NCBI GenBank assembly: GCA_028704265.1
Contig: JAQVLH010000016.1
Location: 1 to 12,457, forward strand
Direction of reading: 5' to 3'
DNA length: 12,457 nt
Origin: Candidatus Nanoarchaeia archaeon
GTDB taxonomy: Archaea > Nanobdellota > Nanobdellia > Tiddalikarchaeales > Tiddalikarchaeaceae
Both the position numbers and the translations under genes were made by a program. The notes beneath the pieces were generated by a model that made no database searches, was not told the DNA's origin, and saw nothing but the letters and a program-made list of their open reading frames with translations. Shown in pieces: positions 5,064 to 10,795 of this stretch (position 1 is the stretch's first letter; the number at the start of each line of letters is the position of its first letter).

Positions 5064-5645
5064 ATGAGTAAATTATCAAAGATGAGGGATATTTTTCATA
5101 AAATAATTAATCCTTTCATATTATTTTTAGTTAAATTAAAAATAACTCCAAATATGGTAACAACTTCTTCTTTATTTTTTTTAGGAATCACGATTTATTT
5201 TATCTTTAAACAAAATCTCATTCTTGCAGCAATATTCATGATTTTAACTTCAGTTATTGATTCCTTGGATGGAGCTTTAGCAAAAAAAGTGGGAAGCACT
5301 AAATTTGGAGATTTTTATGATGCTTTTATTGACAGATGGGTTGAAGTTTCAGTTTTTTATGCATTAAGCTTAGCGTATCCTTTACTTTATCATTTATGTT
5401 TTTTAGCATTAGTATTTTCATTAATGACTAGTTATGTTGCAGCAAGAGCAGAAGTATGGACTATTGGTGTAAAAATAAAATATGTCGGCTCTATTGGCAG
5501 CAGGGCAGGAAGATTAATCACTTTAATAACAGCAATGCTGTTCAATCAATTATATATTGGTTTAATTTTAATAATAATTTTTGCTTCAATAACAATGGTT
5601 GCAAGAACTGCAGTAGTTGTAAAAACTTTAAGAAAAAAAATTTAA
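5064..5645 (+). CDS. CDP-alcohol phosphatidyltransferase family enzyme (archaetidyl-headgroup synthase; headgroup not assignable)
   Basis: Multi-TM protein with DSLDGALAKKVGSTKFGDFYDAFIDR. This matches the D-x2-D-G-x2-A-[RK]...G-x3-D-x3-D signature, with K in place of the usual R. Confidence 0.8.
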   Translation: MSKLSKMRDIFHKIINPFILFLVKLKITPNMVTTSSLFFLGITIYFIFKQNLILAAIFMILTSVIDSLDGALAKKVGSTKFGDFYDAFIDRWVEVSVFYALSLAYPLLYHLCFLALVFSLMTSYVAARAEVWTIGVKIKYVGSIGSRAGRLITLITAMLFNQLYIGLILIIIFASITMVARTAVVVKTLRKKI

Positions 5646-6358
5646 TTATTTTGAAATGCCAATAAATCTTCAGTTGTTAATTTCTTCTTGTCTTTAAGCT
5701 TATCCCATGCTTGGTTTTCTTTTTCCTGTATTATTTTTTCAATCTTTTCCTTGTTTTCTTTGAAATTTTTTACCTTGAAATTTTTATTCTTCTTATAATC
5801 AACAATAGCATCATCTAATTCTTTTGACACAATTCTTCCTTCTTTTTTTAATTCTTTTATCTTTTTTTGAACAGCATTCATGCTATTGCTAAATTCATTG
5901 CTTTTTTCAGCATTTTCAATTACTGCCTGATGAAACTCATTATGGTCTTTTCTTTTTAATTCCAAACTTTTAACTAAAGATCTAATTTTAATAACAACCT
6001 GATTTTCTTTTTGAGCTTCATTTAACTCTTTTTTTAATTCCTTAATCTCTTTAAGTATTTGCTCCTCTTTTTTAATAGGCAAAGCATTTATTTGAAAGAA
6101 CCATTCTTTTTTATTAATTAAACTTATTAAAGATTTAATATCTTTAAAATTACTTGCTTTTTTTTCAACATTAAGGTCAGATAATTCTTTTAATATTTTT
6201 TTAACTTCAGCAACGCATTCTTCTCTTTTTTGCTTAGAATCCTTTACTAAAACATTAATCTCATTTCTAGACTTTTCAAGCTTTTTAAACTCATTAATAT
6301 TTTTTACAATTTCATGTCTTATATTTGCAGACTTTTCTTTTAATTCATTCAAATTCAA
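5642..6358 (-). CDS. conserved archaeal coiled-coil protein (COG1340-like)
   Basis: K/E-rich heptad-like sequence throughout. Central EWFFQINALPIKKEEQILKEIKELKKEL and terminal KKLTTEDLLAFQ resemble the COG1340 pattern as I remember it. The start is TTG (6356-6358); the frame opens only 12 nt upstream, and the first in-frame ATG is over 150 codons downstream. Confidence 0.5.
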   Translation of the reverse strand: MNLNELKEKSANIRHEIVKNINEFKKLEKSRNEINVLVKDSKQKREECVAEVKKILKELSDLNVEKKASNFKDIKSLISLINKKEWFFQINALPIKKEEQILKEIKELKKELNEAQKENQVVIKIRSLVKSLELKRKDHNEFHQAVIENAEKSNEFSNSMNAVQKKIKELKKEGRIVSKELDDAIVDYKKNKNFKVKNFKENKEKIEKIIQEKENQAWDKLKDKKKLTTEDLLAFQNN

Positions 6359-6387
6359 TGTTAAGCACTCTCATTTTAGTAAACTAT

Positions 6388-6412
6388 AACCTTTTTATAT
6401 ACCAAAAAGGTT
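6388..6412. repeat. inverted repeat AACCTTTTT-(7 nt)-AAAAAGGTT in the divergent promoter region
   Basis: The arms at 6388-6396 and 6404-6412 are perfect 9-nt reverse complements. The spacer is atatacc. Confidence 0.7.
6392..6401. promoter_or_regulatory. TATA box (TTTTTATATA) in the 64-nt divergent spacer between 5642-6358 and 6423-7334
   Basis: Centred about 26 nt upstream of the ATG at 6423, implying a leaderless plus-strand gene. It is about 39 nt from the minus-strand TTG. It sits in the loop/left arm of the inverted repeat 6388-6412. Confidence 0.4.
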
Positions 6413-6422
6413 TAAAAATTTA

Positions 6423-7334
6423 ATGAAAATCAATTATTTATTAATTTTTCTCTTAATAATTCTTTTTTATCTCATTTCTCCGTTCTTTGCTACAATATTT
6501 AGTAGCTTATTATTAACTTATATAACTTTGCCTCTATTTAAAAAAATTGACAATTTTATAAAACATAGGAGAATTTCAGCATTGTTAACTACTTTTCTGT
6601 CAGTATTATTATTTTCTTTAATTTATTATTCTTTTTTTAAAATGATATTATTTATAATAAATGAGCTTAATTTATTTTTTTTAAATATAAACTTTTCAGC
6701 ATATATACCTATTGATAGTTCATTCATCTTTAATCCAATAAAATATCCTCAAAATCTTTTTTTAACCCCTTCAAAACAATTTCTTGATATAATCTTAATG
6801 ATTTTTTTAATATTTTATTTTTTGTATGAATCTAAAGGGTTTTTTGAAAATATAAATACTAAAATAAGCAAGCAGGATAAAAAAAAATTTTTAAAATTTA
6901 AAGAAAATTTTGATTTAATTTTAAAAAGCATATTTTTTAAATATTTTATGAAAGCAATTTTTTTAGGATTAATTGTTTATCTAAGTTTTTCATTGCTAGA
7001 ATTAAATTACGCTTTTGAATTATCCGTATTTAGCGCAGTATCTTCAATATTCCCTTTATTTAATATTGGAATTTTAGTATTATTGATTTCAATCTATTAT
7101 TTAATATTAGGAAATAATTTAATCTTTTTTATATTATTAATAGAATCGCTTTTTTTTATATTAATCCATTATAATTTTGATTTAATTTTTAAAATAAACA
7201 GGGAAATTAATCCTTTACTTTTTATAGCAGGAGCAATCATTGGAGTATTTTCATTAGGAGTATTTGGATTTATTGCCGGTCCAGTAATGGCAGGTGCTTT
7301 GCAGGCTTTTTATGAAACTATATCTGAACAATAG
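6423..7334 (+). CDS. AI-2E family (UPF0118/PerM-like) integral membrane transporter
   Basis: Polytopic membrane protein. The N-terminal SPFFATIFSSLLLTYITLPLFKKIDNFIKHRRISALLTTFLSVLL and the C-terminal GAIIGVFSLGVFGFIAGPVMAGAL match my memory of PF01594 conserved blocks. Confidence 0.55.
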   Translation: MKINYLLIFLLIILFYLISPFFATIFSSLLLTYITLPLFKKIDNFIKHRRISALLTTFLSVLLFSLIYYSFFKMILFIINELNLFFLNINFSAYIPIDSSFIFNPIKYPQNLFLTPSKQFLDIILMIFLIFYFLYESKGFFENINTKISKQDKKKFLKFKENFDLILKSIFFKYFMKAIFLGLIVYLSFSLLELNYAFELSVFSAVSSIFPLFNIGILVLLISIYYLILGNNLIFFILLIESLFFILIHYNFDLIFKINREINPLLFIAGAIIGVFSLGVFGFIAGPVMAGALQAFYETISEQ

Positions 7335-7509
7335 TTATTGCATTTTTTGGGCATTCTTTAGCAACTTTTCCGTTTAAACCAATAAAATTAAGTTTGAATT
7401 TCATAACATGCGCTTTTTTTTCCATAATTTTCCAATTTTCAGGATAAATTTTTGCGCATATTCCGCACCCGTTACACTTTTCTCTATTTAATTTAATTTG
7501 ATACATCAT
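7318..7509 (-). CDS. small single-cluster [4Fe-4S]/[3Fe-4S] ferredoxin
   Basis: 63 aa with CNGCGICAKIYP (C-x2-C-x2-C) and a distal ECPKNAI (C-P), the single-cluster ferredoxin arrangement. The ATG immediately follows the gpsA stop (TAAATGATG). Its 3' end overlaps the convergent 6423-7334 gene by 17 nt. Confidence 0.75.
   Translation of the reverse strand: MMYQIKLNREKCNGCGICAKIYPENWKIMEKKAHVMKFKLNFIGLNGKVAKECPKNAITIVQI
7343..7348 (+). terminator. oligo-T (T6) candidate terminator for 6423-7334
   Basis: T6 lies 9 nt after the TAG stop (7332-7334), embedded in the coding sequence of the convergent ferredoxin gene. Confidence 0.3.
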
Positions 7510-8445
7510 TTAAATAGAAATTGTGCCCTTTAAAAAAACTATGTTATAAATTTTTTCAAAAATTGGCAAAGAAATTTTTTTTTCATCAACTATTTTTCTT
7601 AAAATTTTTAAAGCATTTTCACCTTCAATAATCTGGCCTATGATTTCTTTAGCTTCATAGGATGATTTTCCTTGGGCAATTAATTCCCCGAATCTTTTAT
7701 TTCTTCCATCATTGCTTAAAGAGGTTACAATTAAATCCCCAATTCCTGCTAATGAATAAACACTTTTATTGCTTGCTCCTAAATTTTTGCAAATAATAGT
7801 CATTTCATTTAATGAGTTATAGATAAGCGCGGATTTAGTATTCATTCCATAATTTAATCCGCTAGCTATTCCTAAATAAATAGCGTAAATATTTTTTAAA
7901 AAACTGCAAAGTTCAACACCCAAAACATCATTGCTAATAGTAATATTATAATATTCTTTTTGAAAAATTTTCTTGCATTTATTTGCAGTTAATCCTTTTG
8001 AAGCAAAAACAACAAAAGTAGGAATTTTTTTCATAAGTTCATTAGCTATGCTTGGTCCTCCAACAACAACTATTTCATTATCAAAATATTCACTAATCAT
8101 TTGGCTCATAGTTTTATTAGTTAATTCATCTAATCCTTTAGAAAGAATAATAAAAATTGATTTTTTTGAAACAAAATTTTTCATCTCTTCGCAGACACTT
8201 CTTACAGCTTTAGAAGGAAGCGAAAAAACAACAATATCCGAATTAATTAAACATTCTTTTAAATTCATTGAAGAGGAGATATTATTTTCTAATTTAATTT
8301 CTGCATATTTTAAATTTAAATGATTATTATTAATATTTTCATAAACCTCTTTTTCAATAGTATACAACATTACTTTTGAATCAGCAGGTGCCAAGGTTGC
8401 AAAACTCGTGGCCATATTACCTGCTCCTAAAATAGCTATCTTCAT
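7510..8445 (-). CDS. gpsA: NAD(P)H-dependent glycerol-3-phosphate dehydrogenase (GpsA family)
   Basis: N-terminal Rossmann KIAILGAGNMATSFA, plus SKGL, GGPSIANEL, LKNIYAIYLGIASGLNYGMNTKSALI and LAGIGDLIVTSLSNDGRNKRFGELIAQG. These are collinear with the GpsA signature blocks. Confidence 0.85.
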   Translation of the reverse strand: MKIAILGAGNMATSFATLAPADSKVMLYTIEKEVYENINNNHLNLKYAEIKLENNISSSMNLKECLINSDIVVFSLPSKAVRSVCEEMKNFVSKKSIFIILSKGLDELTNKTMSQMISEYFDNEIVVVGGPSIANELMKKIPTFVVFASKGLTANKCKKIFQKEYYNITISNDVLGVELCSFLKNIYAIYLGIASGLNYGMNTKSALIYNSLNEMTIICKNLGASNKSVYSLAGIGDLIVTSLSNDGRNKRFGELIAQGKSSYEAKEIIGQIIEGENALKILRKIVDEKKISLPIFEKIYNIVFLKGTISI

Positions 8446-8467
8446 TAACTACTGATATAAAAAATAA

Positions 8468-8479
8468 ATTTTTAAATAG
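8468..8479 (-). promoter_or_regulatory. archaeal TATA-box promoter for gpsA-ferredoxin
   Basis: Plus-strand atttttaaatag reads CTATTTAAAAAT on the minus strand, centred about 28 nt upstream of the ATG at 8445. It lies in the 103-nt gap after pyk. Confidence 0.45.
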
Positions 8480-8548
8480 TTTGCCCTAATTATTTTAAAT
8501 TAACTATAATAGAAATATGCGTTGAAAAATATGAATTAATAACCATTT

Positions 8549-9895
8549 TTATATTTCTAATAATTCTTTAACTTTGTAAGCAATAATAGTGTTTGTTGTT
8601 TTTTTTACAAATAATCCTGCAGAAAAAACTATTACATCATCTTTATCAACAAATTTTTTTTTTAAGCATAATTTTGTAATATTATGAACTTCTTTAAGGT
8701 TATATTCTTTTAATTCTTTATAATGAACTGGCATTATTCCATAACTAATCATTAACTGGGAAGCAGTAATCTCGTTAGGAGTAAAAGCAATTATTAAATT
8801 ATTAGGTTTAAATCTGTTAATCATTCTTGCAGTGTAACCGCTTCTAGTTAAGCAAATAATCTTAGCATTAAGCTTATTTGAAACTAAATAAGCATTATAT
8901 GCAATGACATCAGGTATTTCATTGCTTTTATTGTCAATACCCATCATTTTATTGTAATTAGTTTCAGTATTAATGCAAATTTTAGTCATAGTTTTTACAA
9001 CTAATGCAGGATATTTTCCAATGCTTGTTTCTGCACTTAGCATTATTGCATCAGCTCCGTCAATAATAGCATTAGCAACATCACTCGTTTCAGCTCGTGT
9101 AGGAGTTTTATTAATAATCATTGATTCCATCATTTGAGTTGCAACAATAACTGGCTTGCCTGCAACATTGCATTTTTTGATTATATCTTTTTGAATTATT
9201 GGAACTTTTTCGCTAGGAATTTCTATGCCTAAATCTCCTCTGGCAACCATTATTGCATCAGCGGATTCTATTATTTCATCAATATTATCGACTCCCTGCT
9301 GGTTCTCAATTTTTGCAATAATTTTTACACATGAATCTTTAAGATTTTTTTTAGCAAACAATACATCTTTTTTATTTTTAGTAAAAGATAAAGCAATAAA
9401 TTCAATATTATTTTTAATAGCATATTCAAAACCTTCAAAATCTTTTTTAGTAAGCAAAGGCAAATCAAGATTAATATTCCTAAATGAAATGCTTCTATTA
9501 GGCATTAATTCTCCATCAGTTTTCATTTTTAAAAAAACTTTTTTATTTTTTATTTCATAAATTTCTCCTTCATCTAATCCGTCATTTAAATAAAAAGTGT
9601 CATTTATTTTTAATTTACTGAAAATATTAATGCTTAATCCAAAATTAATTATATCACCTTTTTTGAAAACTAGTAAATCATTAACAGTCCTCACTTCAGG
9701 ACCTTGAGTATCAAGAATTACAGGTTCATTGCATATACTTCTAAGATTGCTTATAATTTTGTCATATTGATTAAAATCTCCATGGCTCATGTTAATCCTG
9801 GCAGCATTCATTCCGTGTTCAATTAATTCTTGCAAAACATTTTTATCTAAACATGCAGGTCCAATAGTGCAAACAATTTTAGTTTTTTTAATCAA
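8549..9895 (-). CDS. pyk: pyruvate kinase
   Basis: KTKIVCTIGP, NMSHG, LDTQGPEVRT, IAKIENQQGV, MVARGDLGIEIP, ATQMMESM, PTRAETSDVANA and DAIMLSAETSIGKYP. The start must be the TTG at 9893-9895: the frame opens at 9916, and the first in-frame ATG would delete the conserved N-terminal block. Confidence 0.92.
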   Translation of the reverse strand: MIKKTKIVCTIGPACLDKNVLQELIEHGMNAARINMSHGDFNQYDKIISNLRSICNEPVILDTQGPEVRTVNDLLVFKKGDIINFGLSINIFSKLKINDTFYLNDGLDEGEIYEIKNKKVFLKMKTDGELMPNRSISFRNINLDLPLLTKKDFEGFEYAIKNNIEFIALSFTKNKKDVLFAKKNLKDSCVKIIAKIENQQGVDNIDEIIESADAIMVARGDLGIEIPSEKVPIIQKDIIKKCNVAGKPVIVATQMMESMIINKTPTRAETSDVANAIIDGADAIMLSAETSIGKYPALVVKTMTKICINTETNYNKMMGIDNKSNEIPDVIAYNAYLVSNKLNAKIICLTRSGYTARMINRFKPNNLIIAFTPNEITASQLMISYGIMPVHYKELKEYNLKEVHNITKLCLKKKFVDKDDVIVFSAGLFVKKTTNTIIAYKVKELLEI

Positions 9896-9896
9896 A

Positions 9897-10760
9897 TTAT
9901 ATCTCCTTTGAAATTGTTAATCCGGCAACTGCACCTTTAGCAACTGCTGTAGCTATCTGCCCAAAACCTGGAGTGCAATCTCCAGCAGCGAAAACTCCTG
10001 AAAGATTTGTTTTCATTTCAGAATTAACAATTATTTTATTATTTTCAACTAATAATCCAAGCATTCTTGCTAAATCATTAGAATCAGCATTGCCTGAAGC
10101 TATAAATATTCCATCAATTTTTAATTCTTCTTTATTAGTTTTTATTCCTTCAACTTTTTTTTCGCCAATTATTTTTTCAATAATAAATTCTTCAAATTTA
10201 ATTTCCTTATCATCCAATAATTTTTTGTCAAAGCTTAATTTTTTACCATTGCTGACAAGAGTAACATCATTGGTGTAATTCAATAATTCAATTGCTTCCT
10301 CCAAAGCGTATTCTCCATTGCCAATAACTATAACTTTTTTATTTTTAAAAAAAAAACCGTCACATGGCACGCAAAAACTAACCCCTCTTCCAATAAAATC
10401 CTCCTGGTTAATAATCTCTTTTTTAGCAGCGCTTGAGCCTGTTGCAATTAATAATTTTTTTGAAGTAAACTCTTTGCTATTTGCCAAACAATTAAATAAA
10501 CCTTTCTCATCAACAGAAATCTTAGTAACTAATGAGTTAAGAATTTCAGTTCCAAAACTTTTAGCTTGAGCTTCACCTTTCTCCATTAAAAGCTTTCCAG
10601 TTATTTCTCCAATCCCAAAATAATTATTAATATTGACTTCATTCTTCCAAATCTTATTTTCTTTCCCAATAACTAATACTTTTTTATTAGCTCTTGCTAA
10701 ATAAATTGCAGCTGAAAGTCCTGCAGGACCTCTACCAATAATAACGCAGTCATAAATCAT
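9897..10760 (-). CDS. trxB: thioredoxin reductase-like FAD-dependent pyridine nucleotide-disulfide oxidoreductase (low-Mr TrxR architecture)
   Basis: MIYDCVIIGRGPAGLSAAIYLAR (FAD GxGxxG), redox CxxC as CVPCDGFFF, a second dinucleotide fold VIVIGNGEYALEEA, and GVFAAGDC. I place the start at ATG 10758-10760, so GxGxxG begins at residue 8. A TATA-like box lies 26 nt upstream. The track start at 10808 would overlap aIF5B. Confidence 0.8.
   Translation of the reverse strand: MIYDCVIIGRGPAGLSAAIYLARANKKVLVIGKENKIWKNEVNINNYFGIGEITGKLLMEKGEAQAKSFGTEILNSLVTKISVDEKGLFNCLANSKEFTSKKLLIATGSSAAKKEIINQEDFIGRGVSFCVPCDGFFFKNKKVIVIGNGEYALEEAIELLNYTNDVTLVSNGKKLSFDKKLLDDKEIKFEEFIIEKIIGEKKVEGIKTNKEELKIDGIFIASGNADSNDLARMLGLLVENNKIIVNSEMKTNLSGVFAAGDCTPGFGQIATAVAKGAVAGLTISKEI
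9901..9907 (-). promoter_or_regulatory. Shine-Dalgarno sequence (AGGAGAT) for pyk, inside the last codons of the upstream flavoprotein gene
   Basis: The minus strand reads AGGAGAT-ATAAT-TTG. The SD is encoded within ...SKEI* of the upstream CDS, whose TAA stop lies 1 nt before the pyk TTG. Confidence 0.6.
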
Positions 10761-10780
10761 TAATAATAATATTTTTTGAG

Positions 10781-10791
10781 TTTTTTTAAAA
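10781..10791 (-). promoter_or_regulatory. archaeal TATA-box promoter for trxB-pyk
   Basis: tttttttaaaa sits in the 35-nt gap between the aIF5B stop (10796-10798) and the ATG at 10760, centred about 26 nt upstream. Confidence 0.45.
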
Positions 10792-10795
10792 GTTA

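Noticed and set aside
5456-5665. Plus-strand ORF 5456-5665 (69 aa, N/C-rich)
   Set aside because: It is an alternative frame of the CDP-alcohol phosphatidyltransferase gene, whose own frame continues with sensible TM helices. There is no evidence for a frameshift.
6411-6421. tttaaaaattt immediately upstream of the ATG at 6423 as the permease TATA box
   Set aside because: It is only 2-12 nt from the start codon, too close for an archaeal TATA box. The box at 6392-6401 has the correct spacing of about 26 nt.
7973-8323. Plus-strand ORF 7973-8323 (116 aa)
   Set aside because: Antisense to gpsA, which is strongly supported by collinear family motifs.
10347-10356. A10/T10 homopolymer inside the TrxR-like gene (encodes G-FFF-K just after the CVPC dithiol) as a possible slippage or phase-variation site
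   Set aside because: The frame is intact and the FFF aligns with the aromatic/hydrophobic residues after the CxxC in TrxRs (CDGFFY in E. coli). Homopolymers are expected at this AT content. It is worth remembering only as a sequencing-error hotspot.
9225-10569. Plus-strand ORFs 9225-9560, 9973-10278 and 10318-10569
   Set aside because: All are antisense to pyruvate kinase or the TrxR-like gene, and are S/L/F/I-rich with no motifs.
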